Of a stretch of 64,000 nucleotides of DNA, positions 48,096 through 59,972 are shown in pieces. The notes under the pieces were generated by a model that did no database searches, had not been told where the DNA came from, and was given only the letters and a program-made list of their open reading frames with translations. Source of the stretch: Marsupella aquatica (Eukaryota > Plantae > Marchantiophyta); contig OZ316892.1 in NCBI GenBank assembly GCA_973895155.1, positions 167,646-231,645 on the forward strand. Reading direction: 5' to 3'. Numbering within the stretch: position 1 is the stretch's first letter; the number at the start of each line of letters is the position of its first letter. Position numbers and translations under genes: made by a program.

Positions 48096-48114
48096 CCCCC
48101 TCCATCTAGCGCCA
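48096..48114 (-). promoter_or_regulatory. Primer-binding site
   Basis: TGGCGCTAGATGGAGGGGG four nt after the 5' LTR end; cognate tRNA not determined. Confidence 0.8.
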
Positions 48115-48118
48115 AAAA

Positions 48119-51100
48119 TGTGGTGCGTCCCATGGCTCCCTAAACCCAAGAAACCCCCCAGCTCAAGCCGATTCCCGCAGGTTTCGTGCTTGGCGAGGCC
48201 GTTTCCGCGGCTTAGCGGCATGGGACGCTGCTAACCTTCTACTACTACTATTAACATTTTACACACATATACTGGACAGATCCTTCATCGGGTCATGAGA
48301 TACGTAGCCGGCCTAATATAGGCCTTCCCCTGTCTTCCCCTGTCTTCCCCTCCGTCTTGTTAGGTATGTTTGGATTCCGCCGCCGGAATGATCCCCAATA
48401 GGCTTGGTTAAGCCGCTAAGACCTCTCTCAGCTTGACACATCCAACTCTCACTCCCCTGCTTACTTTCCTTCCTTCTGTTGATGTGGGCACTCTTCACAC
48501 AAGTTAATGCGACACACAAATAGCAAAATGACTCATTCTGACTGAGTCATACCATGCACTTGCCATACAAACAGTACATCTCATACACAAGTTCTGCGAA
48601 CTAAGCCGTGAGGCCAACTCTATTCAGCTCTTAGGCATGAGGAAACATGAATATACACAAGGGTCACTGTATGACTAACCGAGAGCTTCTCGTACTACTT
48701 GATCCCAGCCCGGCTGGTGCAAACTAAAAACTTGCTAAAGAAGAGGCCCTGAGCTCCCCGCTGCCCAGGTACTTATCCTGGTAGTGGATCCGCCATTCTT
48801 TGCATCGTAAGCCTAATCTACTTAACAGTAATCTACTTGCCCGAATCTACCTATGTACAGCAAGGCAGGAGCACAAGTGTTGCTCCTACCAGTGGGACCG
48901 CAATCCCACTAAGCTAAGTGTCAGGGCCGCTCCTGGTTCTGATCCTAATCCTAAACGTGGAGATCCGCGCCCGCCCTGCCCACTCACGCCTCCTCCCTCC
49001 ACGTCCGCCCTCCCTAAAAGGAACGGCGCCCTTGCACTGTCACGACACCGGTGGTGGATCCTTAATGGACGCCCCCAACGCTTCCTCCTCAGCCACTGCC
49101 GTAGGCTCATTCCCTGATAGATTACCTGCCCTTGACTGAGTCAACTCTCCATCGGCCTGATTGGGTCCACCATCGGCGTCGGCATCGGCTCGAGAATCGG
49201 TTACGGCCTCAGCCTCGGCTACGGTCTCCCCGGCCTGCTCAAGAGGCGGATCTGGAATACCGGCCTCCTTACTGAGTAGTTCGGCTTGGGCCGCACCACC
49301 CCCACCTGTGATCATAGCGGGATCTATTGCCGTATTCATGTCGGAGGATGGTGCTGGTTCTACCTCTTTGGTCACCACGGCTTGTGGAGTCGGATTACTC
49401 CTTGACCCTGAAGGTTTCCGCTTTTTCTTCTTTTCTGGTTCGGCAGCTGGTCCCTTCCCCTTCCCACTTACCTCCGGCACTGGTGCAGTTGGCGCGGCTT
49501 TTTCTTCGGCCAGTACCACTCCTGGTAACTTGGTTGCCCCAATTGGAGTTGGGCCTGATGAAGACAAGCACCTAAATACTGCGGCTTGTTTCTTCAGCCG
49601 CTCCGTTTGGTTGTCGGCCCGCCGCTGGAGGTTCTCCATCTTCCTCGTGATTTCCTCCAACTCCTCCTGGGTCTCATCCAGGTCCTTGCGTGCCTCCTCT
49701 AGTTCCTTTTGGGCTTCCTCCCGTTCTTGTTTCAAGGTAGTCCTCTCCTCCTGGGTTGCTTTTAGCTCCTTGTCGAGCTCTGCAATGATGACAGACTCCA
49801 TCTGGTTCATCTTGGCGTAAGTTTGTTCGAGCATCTCGTCCTTCTCCCTTAGGTCGGCCTTGAAGCTGGCCGTCAGGGACACAAGCTCCTGCTGCAGCGC
49901 CATAATCCCTTGATAGGATTTCCCTAACTCGGCCTCCTTCTGCTCAAGGGCTCCACGGATTTTCTCGAGCTCCCCTTTCAACGCCCATTCCTTTCTTTGG
50001 GTCTCCGCCATGGCCCGGCTGTTGGCTATTATGTGGGCCTCCTCTGTATTCTTCAGCTCTTGCTTCCACTTCTCCCTCTCTTTGATCGTGTCGGCCAACT
50101 CTTCCTGCGTCTGAGTCAGTTTATCCTTGATATTCTGATTATCAGCCTGCGCGGTGTCCAACTGCCCCTGCATGATGTTCAGCTCATGTCGTTTAATCCG
50201 CAGTTCATCTTGGGCTTTCTTGGCCGCCCTTAGATCTTCAATCTCGGCTTCCATCCTCCTAAGCCGCCGAATGACCTCATCCTTCTTGCTTCTCTCTAAA
50301 GCCACCGCTTCTTCTAATTGGTGCTTCTCCAACTGCTCCCTATGGAAAAAGGGTCCTACCTCCAACTCCTCTCCAAAGATGCCGAGCGCAAGTTCCCCAC
50401 ACATCTCACCATACTCCATGGCTCTATTCTTAGCGTAGGTGGAGTAAGTAGAAGTGATCGGCATCGCCCATCGCGGCCTCTGCTCCCAAGCCGTCCTGCG
50501 GATCTCTTCAATCGTGGCTAGAGGTTTGCTTCCTTTTTTGGCTAGCCGCCTGATGTCCTCCGGCCAATCTCCTCCTGGTAAATCATTTTCCTTAGCCAGG
50601 GCGGCCTCCTCCTCCTGCTTGATTCGCTCCTGAAATTCCTGCACCGTCTGTTTTATGCCGTCGAAGCTCGGGGGAGCAACATCTGGTGGGGGAGACTCAG
50701 GGCTACTCTGCTGGTTGGGGTCCCCTCGCACTACCCTTGGAAGTGTGGGGACAAACCGGCCACAGGTCCTTACTCCTGGAACGTGATGGTCCGACCCATA
50801 GCCGGAATTATCATGGCTGCAATCCTCCACTGCCTCCTCTACCTCTTGGACGTCCGGCTTCTCCCTCTCCTCTTCGTCGGTAGGAGCTTCAGGCAATTCT
50901 GCCTCAGATTCGGAGCTTGAGGTTCCCACGTACATTCGAACACCTGGCTTGGATTCCGGCCTGATTCTCTCCTTGTCTCCAGCAAAGGGGTTTTCTCTTG
51001 TGAGCCGGTGTAGGCCTACCTCTGTAGTAGTGTCCTGCATTGTTGCCGTTGCCGTTGTTGTTGCCGATGCCGATTTCTTTTCTTTCTCCAGTAGTTTCAG

Positions 51101-52787
51101 CAGACTCTGCATGCCTGGTTGCTGCATCGGCAAGTCCTCCTTCCTGGGCCTAAACACCTGCTCGATCGTAGGACTAACAGGTGGTTGAGGCTTCTCAGCC
51201 AACGGCCTCGGCGTTGGAGCTTCCTCGGGTGCCCTTACCTGCAGGGGAAGTACCGGGGCAAAAGTCTGACCTCTGGCATACCGGCACAACAACGGCATGT
51301 GATAGCCCAGCCGCGACACGCTCCCCATGCCGATTACCTGCTGCTCCTCCTTTAAGATCTTCTTCAATTGGTTGAGGAGGTACCCGTTGTAGTCCCGGCT
51401 TGGGTCTGGCCTTTCTGCCAGATAGACCTGTGCCTTGCCGATCTCTGCCCTCGGCAAGTTACAATGCATGGTCACCCGCAAGAAGTCGATCATCTCTCCT
51501 ATGTGCGGGTTGGTGCAGGTGTTCTGGAAGAAGCCATTCTTCGTTGATGGCCCGGGGAACAACCGGAACTCCTTGTCAGGCAAGGTCTTCCTGGTATCAA
51601 CTTTGGTCTTATTGCCTATCGGCAGGCCAAACACTTCGGCAATTACCTTGGGAGTAAGATAGAAATCCTTCCCATATATCCTCGTGCAATTGGTCTCGGG
51701 TTCCCATGACCCCACGAATTCTAATAGGTCTGACTCCGGTACCTCCGGCTTCAGCCATGGTAATCTTACAAAGGCCTCCAAGCCGGATCCGGCCATGAAG
51801 CCTTGGTACTTCTTGGTCTGCATGGCCGTAAAGCATGCATCCTCCTCCCGTGCAAAATGTAGTTGCACCTCCACCGGTAGGGTTGCCGCCCAGCCCTTCC
51901 AGGTGTCATCCCTGGTTGGAATGGCCTTGATGGGATCGACCTCCTCCTCTTCGGCTTCTCCCTGCCTCCTGCTCTGCTGCTCGACTGGCTTCTTTGGTGC
52001 CGCCGACCTCGTTCTTTTTGCCGGGGTGGCTTCATCGTTGACGGCTCCCTTCCTCTTCATCTCTGCTGCCGTGGAGGTTTCTCCTAGCACCGTTGCCTGG
52101 GTCCACCTTTCCATGCTACCCTTTAATTCCCAGTGTATGTCGTTGCAGTTCTTGATGGCCTCTCGGATGCCGACGACGCTGTCTTTGCAAAACAGAAGAT
52201 CGTCGAGTTGATTGGAAGTAGGCGTCCATAGGAACTCGTCCTTGATGAGTTCGCCTCCTAAGAAAGCCGTCTTCTACAGCTCCCACAATCGAGCGAGCTC
52301 TTGCCGTTCTCGAGCTGCCCTTTCTGATTCCTTGTCCTCATAAGTCTTGATGTACTCAGTTGCCCGTTCGAACAGGCATCCCCAGAAATGTGCTGCTTGA
52401 TTGACGTTGCTCATACCCTCCTTAGGTCGATCGTCGGTATCTACTCTCTCCCCGAGTGCTTGCCTAAGCAGCTGACAGTAGTTGGCCTCCCGTAGTCGTC
52501 TGCCTAGTTCGTGCTCGCAAATGAGCCACCATCTCCTGCAAGCGCTCCTTACCCCTCTCCTCTGCCGGTCCTTCTTCCCGTTGATCCTTCCTAGCCGCCG
52601 ACGCTTAACGCGCCCTAACCCTAATCGGGTTTTCACCCTCAGCCTTACCTCCGGCCTCGGCCCGGGTTCCATGGTTGCCCCTAATTGTTTATATTTTCCT
52701 TGTTTTGTCCCTATACTAAGGTGTTCCTAGGGTGCCTTCCTGCTTTACCCACTTAACCGGCCGAGTGATTCCTGTCTAGGCATCACA
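48119..52787 (-). repeat. Family A 5' LTR (4,669 bp)
   Basis: TG..CA ends, adjacent PBS and TSD. Confidence 0.95.
49040..52672 (-). pseudogene. LTR-encoded 1,210-codon ORF, copy 3
   Basis: One frame with a single TAG (52274), shared with copy 2; 1,024-aa ATG-initiated remainder is open. Confidence 0.88.
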
Positions 52788-52792
52788 CCGCA

Positions 52793-54120
52793 CCCCAGGT
52801 GGGGTGGTTGATTGTGTGTTATGGGATCACTCTTTCTGTTCTTCCTTGCCACGGGGTTTTCGTGGTCACTATCTAAATAAATCATGAAAAACACATTTCC
52901 AAGGAAAGCCCAAGTTAACCATGTGAGAATTTAGACAAGGGATGTGAACATAGTGACCCGGTCACAATAAGTAGAACCACCCATTGTGTTAGCTCTACCA
53001 TCGGACACTAGTGGAGTTCCGAGTTGGGAACAGTTGGATGCTACAACACGGAATACAAATTTGGCAGCATCAGCAGAGTGAATTGCTGCCAAGACCAGAA
53101 AGGTTAATGGGATTGGATGAGAGAATAGAAAGTGGACCTGAAATTTTAGAATCTAAGGAAAATCTTAATGAAGGAGGTAGAGAGTCTGTTATACTGGAGG
53201 GCAAACCATTAAGTGAGGAATCATTAAGAGAAGAACCCTCCAGTATAGAAACAGCCAGAGCAAAAAGTGAGCAAGGAAATTAGTAGAGGTTGTTTCAAAA
53301 GCTAAAGTGGAGTTAACCGTGGAAGAGTTGTTATGTGTAGCTCCACAATGCAGAGAAGCAATATTCAAGAAAATGAGTGAAGGAGCCCAAGAGACTGCGG
53401 CACCAAACACCAGTGGAGTAAGGGGATGGACAGCTGAAACCAGAAATGAGAAGGTGGATCCGCAGGAGTTGCCACGAGCACCAACTTATAAGTTGGAAAA
53501 GACAGTACTGGCGGATAAGGGAGCAATGGTACAGTTAAATATAAAAGGAACAAAAATCAAGAATGTCTTGCTAGATGACGGTTCTACCGTTAATTTAATG
53601 AGTGAAGACATATTTTGGAAATTGCAAAGTAAAAATAGTACAGGTTGCACCTTTAAATCTATTAATGGCAGACCAAAGTAGTTGCCACCCATTGGGGTAT
53701 ATACCAGAATTGCCAATACAAATATCGGGAATTAAATATAACATAGATGTGGTAGTCTTAAGAAGAGGGGATTCATAAAAAAGGCAACCTATGATATTGG
53801 GACGACCTTGGTTAAGGCAAGCCATGGTTAAACAAAGTTGGGCTAAGGATAAAGACTATATAAAAATTGAGAGTGAAGGAGAAACCTATAAAATTTACAC
53901 TAAACCAGCGTTTGATGGAACCGAGTATCAACGGGTACGAGTATGTACCCTAAACTGGGAAGAGGGATTATCCGAAGAAGAAGAAACCACATTGTTTGAA
54001 TGTTGCCCAAATTTAATCCCCCTAGCAGAAGAAAAAGTAGTAAGGAGAGAAGGACCTATTAAGCAAGAGAGGGAAATCATGGAACAGGATTTAAAGAAAG
54101 ATTTATTATTGCATGTTAGA
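52793..54120 (+). pseudogene. Older Ty3/gypsy gag-protease remnant (target of the family A and D insertions)
   Basis: LTVEELL..APQCR, VLLDDGSTVNLMS, MILGRPWL; probably continues left of the element at ~37021-37229. Confidence 0.75.
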
Positions 54121-55187
54121 TGTCGTATGCTATCAAAAGCAAATATCATCGAATATATGCTAAAAACTTGGTGTTCGTTCCCGTGGTAGAACAAGAATGG
54201 GATGAAAAGATGTTTTAAAGTGTTGAGTGGTTTAAAGATGGTACTCAACATCTATAAGAAAAATAGAATCTTAAACAAAACACAAGGAATTAATAAAATA
54301 AGAACAAAATTGACATTTGCTGGATAACAAAATCTTAGAGCTTTTAGAGGTATAGTTTAGCAATATTGAACTCCGTCACCATGTCTTAAGAAAGAGCTAT
54401 GACATTATTTGAGACGTTGATAAGTCAAACATAACCTTGCTATAACTACTCTCTAGGTTTCTATCATAAATCTAAGTTTAAAAAGTGTCTATGCTCACAA
54501 AACCCAAGATAAGTTTTGGATTGTGTGTATAGTAGTGTGTCATTAAAATGCCGGCAACATGTTTCCTTCTTCAGCGATGCGCAATTCCAAAGGAAAACTA
54601 ATGCACATTCAGTATACCACAATGGTACTTCAAATCCGTGAATTAAGAATGTCGCTACTTCTTAATCATATAGATTTCTACTCCTTGATTTCATACAATA
54701 CTTATCTTCCAAAGATAAGTCCTTCATGTAAATACAGAAATGAACAACAAATGTTGTAGTTTGGATTAGGCACAAACCAACGGACGGATCTTCTAATACA
54801 TTCCACAAACATTTTTATGGGTTTTACTTCTTACGGTAATTGCAACATGTGTTACCATACGAAGGAGGGGTAGACTCCTAGCACAAGTAATCAAATTCCA
54901 AGGTATGCAAATCTTCCTTGCAAAATTGCATTACACGTACAAGGGACAAAACTCCAAGATGAGGAGATGCAAATAACTATCCACACTGTCTCAAAATGAG
55001 ATTGGTATCACAAGAAGTACATGAGATTGACCACGGGCTAAGGAGAATGAAGAGACATGCCTCTTCATTTCCTAAGTCTAAACTAAGTAAAATAAAAGTC
55101 AACTTTGACTAAGGGATAGTCAAATAGTCAAAGCTAAGTAAAAGTCTACAAAATAAAATACTAATCTCACTCTGTAATAGGAGGAGG
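54121..55187 (-). mobile_element. Family D unit, truncated second copy
   Basis: Colinear with 752-1818, starts TGTCGTATGC, cut by family B at 55188. Confidence 0.9.
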
Positions 55188-58100
55188 TGTCACGTCGTCA
55201 GCCTAGGCCTTAACCGGGCTTCGGCTTAGACAGACACATCTTTTGTCAATATGAGGGTTCGGGCAGGGAGGGAGGCACGGAATGCACCTAAATCACATAA
55301 ACTAGCGCTAAGTGCGCCTATTGTCATATACATACACTTCTTAGGTATAGTTTGTGTTCCGCCGCTGGAATGTACCTCAGTCAATAGCAGGACCGACCCC
55401 GGCTTACGGGCTTCTAAGCCTTCGTGTTGTCCACCTTCAATCCGGATTTGATGGTGTAATAGAGGAGTTAAGCCCTTAAGGATATAAAAGTTATCTGATA
55501 TGAAAAAATGGTTTTCAATGACCATGTTGAGGACCTTGAATGGCTATTTAAGCATCTATGAGTATATTAAGCTTGAATCATGCCAAGGTGCATATAAAGA
55601 TGTTATGGTCCCTCATCCGACTCAATAGTGAAAGAGAAATAAAACCATAAATGGATTGGTATTGGGAAAATCTGATAGTGAGGAGAGACCTACTTCACCC
55701 CTCAAGGAAAGGTTTGGCTTTGGAATTGAGGTCCAACTTTTCACAAATTTGAAGTTAGACAGATAATTCTAAGATGAATTAATTAGTGCATTTCAGCAAC
55801 AAGTAGCTCGATCTTTTATCAAGGTTGTGTTACCCCACCTTCCAGTAGTTCATGGGAAAAATTACACCAACTAAGTGATGGAAATTGAAGAGTTATTCCA
55901 TCCGGAATTTGAACCGGTTTCCATCCAGTTTTTGAGTCGGTTTTTGATCCGGTTTGGACATACCATCCGGTAGAAAAATTACCATAACTCTCAAACCATT
56001 TATCCAAATCAAGATCTGTAAAGTGTGTTGGAAAGCTCTTTCCGATGCGGTTAAGATATATATAAAGAAGTCTGAAAATGGACTCGAAATGACCCACTTA
56101 ATATTATGAGACTCCAACCGGTGTAACCAAGAGATATCCAAGATTTCCGGACAAATAATGAATGAAGATTTTGAAGCGTTGCTTCTACACCATTTGACCT
56201 TCAAGATGTCTGACTTTGGACCAATAGGAAGCATGATCCATGGCAAGGACCTTACCCAATCAAAATGGTTGGATAAGTATGAAAGGATACTATGAAAAGA
56301 TATACCCATTCATTGGAAGATGAAGAGACTCGATAGTCAAATTTTTACTACTCTTGCACTCCTATATTTTACCTACACCAATGGACACCATCTCAAGACC
56401 TCATTTTTGGAAACTTTTCACTTTGAAACCAAGAAATGTACTACTTGCTTCCTATTTTACTACTACCTTTGGAGGTATCACTTTCATGCCAAACCCTCTC
56501 AACTCCATTGATCTAGAAGTAGACTCCACATCGGTGAAGCCTGACACTTCAACTCCTGAAGAGTAAAAAGTTATTCCATCCGGAAGTTGAACCGGCTTCC
56601 TATCCGATTTCCCACTCGGTTTTTGATCCGGTTTCGTGTTTGAAGCCCTATAAAACTTAGTATAGGAAGAATTAGACTTTGAATTTTTGCTGAGCACTTT
56701 ATCTCATAGTCTAGTTTCAGAATTTAGCATTACTTTTTACTTTTACACTTAGGTTAGGAATTGTAGAGGCATACCTCTTCAACTTTTGTTTAGAGGAAAC
56801 TTGTCCCTAAGTATAAGAGGGAAAGTTTCCACCATTTTACTCAGACTTGCATTTCACTTTTGAAAGTCTCCTTCTTTGAAGAGAAGTAATAGATTCATAA
56901 TTTTGGTGATCTATGCTTTGTGTTTGGACATTAGTGTGTGACCATTCTTGCTAGAAAATCTATGGAAAGTGACTAGCAATGTCATAGTTAACCTTTAGGC
57001 TGACTGGAAATGCATGCCTGAGACCATGCAAAGGTCTAAAGATTCATGATGACTATGAAATACTTATGGCTTATTAAGTATTAGTGGAAGAAGCACCATA
57101 CGAGAACTCACAAATCGCGTAGTCCTAAAAGAGCAATCTGAAGGATTGAATAGAAGAATAAGTTAGTTCGGAGTGATGAGTACCGCCTTGCTTTGACTTG
57201 GCCATAAAATTAATACGAGCTATCTTATATACATCTTTTACAAATTCTTAGATGGTTGGCTTTAAGGATTAGCTTTATGCATCAGCCTAATTTAGTCAGA
57301 CTCTCTGTTGACTCTTAATCGTGCCTAACTTAGTCATAGATTGCTAAGTGGCGAGAGGAGATGAGACATTTAAGGCTCGCCCTAATCCTCTCTTTACGCC
57401 TCCAGCTTTTGGTTGTTTTGTTATAGTTTTAGAATTAATTATTGCACTGTTGATGATGCAAACATCACAATACCTGAGGATGTATTAAAAACTTCTTCCA
57501 CCTGACCTAAGCATGTCGGTAAAGGCTTAAAATCTGAGATAGGTTAGCTTAACTATCTCAAAGTATATTAATACAATCTTTTAAGTCTCACAAGCTCTTA
57601 ATAGGAACGAATTCTGGTTGTTTAAGAGGAAAGTAATTCATATTTCCTTAAACCCTACTCTACAGATGGTATGGGTACTCAACCCGGGCTCGCAACCACT
57701 TACCCGCAAGCTGCATCCCGTGCACGACTCGGGTAGTGCGTTCGGCCAAATGTTGGCACCTATACACGAGATTCACACATATACAGACGCACAAGCATAC
57801 AATCTCGATTTACACGAAGGAAATAATGGGAAAGGATTTTACTACATAGGAGACATATGCGTACACTTAGTTGACCCAAAATCTCTGGAATGAACAGGTC
57901 CAAGGCTGATGGTGTACACTACAACAAAGCCCGGCTCCACACTCGCCCAGCGAGCTTAGTCCTACACTCTCCCCTTGGTACACTTTCACTCCCAGAGGTC
58001 GGGACTCCCCGCACATACCACGGATGTCCAACACTGAGACTAAAACCCCCCTGCCTCTACCGAGGGGTGCACTAAATACTAAGGGCCGAGGAACGGAGTG

Positions 58101-59197
58101 CCCTCGTGCCCGAAGATTTGCTAACTAAGGTCCTAACTAAGCTGGCTGTCAGGCCGGAAAACGACTACGTAGATTAGAAGATCCTAATCTACGTAGGTTA
58201 TACAACATGGCAGTGCTGCTTTAACTAGGGCAGGTGCTTGTCCCTGTAGGGTTTAGATTCATTTTCCTGCTTCGCCGCGTCTGCCTCTTCTACGGCCTCC
58301 TAGCATGCCTCCTCCAGTTGCTGGGTGTCGCTCATCAGCTTGTCCACCAATTGGGCCTATTTTGTGGCTTCTCCTTGAAGCCGCGCCACCTCTGCCTTCG
58401 GGGTGTCAATCTTGGCTGTGTCCCGCTGAGACCTGGAGTCAGCCTCCTCCATATCCTTTTGCCAACTGATGGCTTGCCCCTGCAAACCGTCAATCTTGGT
58501 CCGGAGCCGTGCAATCTTGGCGTCCTTTCCGAGCCCGGCTTGTACTACTAACGCTGCTTGGGCTCTAGCCTCGGCGACCTGGTCCTCCGTGGCCGTTACC
58601 TGAGGCCGTAGTTGCTGGAGTTCAGCCTCCAGGGTTGCCACTTCGTCCTTCAGGTAGGCAGACTCAACCCAATATCGCTCTATTCTCTGTGCGGTCTCTG
58701 CCTGCGCATGTCCTGCCCTTATTGCCGCAACCAACTCCTGGTTGAAGAAGTAGGCCACCCTCCGGGCCATGTATTCCCTGATGTCCCGAGAGATCTGTTC
58801 CGAGAAATCTCCCAACAACCCGTTCAAAAATGTGCCCGGTGCAAAGAGTTCCGGATGGTCTAGATTGTGTCCTTCTGGATTCGGGCACGGGCAGACTCCA
58901 ACCCGTGCGGGAGTAGGAGTGGACACATCCAGCTGTCGCACCCCTAACCCGGGCCTTAAATCCAGGTTAGTGTCGTGGTGCGACCTCGACCACCAGTAGG
59001 GGTGAGGGTTCGGGCAAGGAGGTGTGTAGTGACCTTCATTAGCCCTAAGTCGGGCTAAACCGCTATACTTACTGGTATAACACTCGCATAGTTCGTACTT
59101 GACATAGGTATATTTATTTTCCACCGCTGGAATTTTCCCTTAGTTAGTGACGCGGACTAACTCCCGACTTGGGGCTTTTCAAGCCATCGACGTGACA
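55188..59197 (-). mobile_element. Family B LTR-like unit, internally deleted, with nested solo LTR
   Basis: Inverted termini TGTCACGTC...GACGTGACA; keeps the coiled-coil ORF part (58357-59124) but lacks the PMD-like part; flanks GGAGG/GGAAC are not a TSD. Confidence 0.75.
55455..57664. mobile_element. Family C solo LTR (2,210 bp)
   Basis: TGTA...TACA termini, TSD GATGG (55450-55454 / 57665-57669); excision restores colinearity with the family B copy near 23200; internal ~65-bp duplication near 55890 and 56570. Confidence 0.9.
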
Positions 59198-59203
59198 GGA
59201 ACT

Positions 59204-59972
59204 TGTGACACGCAATGAGTGGCAATCCCTACCATTAGTCTGCACCCGGTACGTCCCTTAAAATGGCGCCTTTGCCCGGACAAAGCATACACACAACACC
59301 AGTTACTCTCAGAAACATTAGGGGGAAAAGACTACATTTACTCAGCGAAGCATCAATTTACATGGTTGACTCGACTTCAAAGGGGGTCAGCAGGCCCAAC
59401 GGCAGTCGATGCCCAGTCTCTACGAGGCCCTGCCTCGCACTTGCCCAGCAAGCTCGACTCTGGCTCTCACTCCTTGGTACGCTCTGACCCTACTCAGGCC
59501 GGGACTCCCCGTGCCTCGCCTTTCTTCTACTGAGATAACTAAGCCTTCTCCCCCTTCCCATCGCGGAAGGGGAAGCCTAAATACTACCATAGCGGAAGAG
59601 AACCGGAGGATACTACCTTCCGGGGTACTACCTACTGACTAACTAACTGCTGACTACCGGTTGCGCTGCACTGACCGGTTGACCGTCGACCACGAGTGTG
59701 CCAACCGGAATGGCAGCGGCCAAGCCTACTGACAAACTCTAGTCCGTTGATGGACTCAATCCTACGTTGGCTGATCCTAACTGACCGGCCCTAATTCTTC
59801 CTACTGCCGCTAATCGGCGCCTAATGACAGTCATTCTGTCGTTACGCCTAACTAAAAGATGCCGCTGACTTAACCGCCTCGTGTGGCGCCTGCTTCTACC
59901 CTTCGCTAACTACCCCTTACGTGTGTGCAGTGGTTGGACCAGGGCTGGTCCCCTTGTCGGGGCGAGACCTCG
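59204..59972. mobile_element. Unassigned LTR-like fragment
   Basis: Starts TGTGACAC and shares CGGGACTCCCCG/CTAAATACT motifs with family B; interrupted by family A at 59973. Confidence 0.35.

Larger units (their letters stand above)
37235..52787 (-). mobile_element. Full-length non-chromoviral Ty3/gypsy retrotransposon, family A (15,553 bp), with gene-bearing 4.66-kb LTRs
   Basis: TSD CCGCA (37230-37234 / 52788-52792), TG..CA LTRs, PBS, PPT, order gag-PR-RT-RH-IN; no chromodomain seen. Confidence 0.97.

Noticed and set aside
37235-52787. Large repeats read as a segmental duplication of a host coiled-coil (SMC/myosin-like) gene
   Set aside because: TG..CA ends, TSDs, PBS and PPT show they are LTRs; coiled-coil similarity is compositional.
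55819-56697. Short ORFs in the family C solo LTR
   Set aside because: Fragmentary, overlapping on both strands, with no motif, and partly due to an internal duplication.
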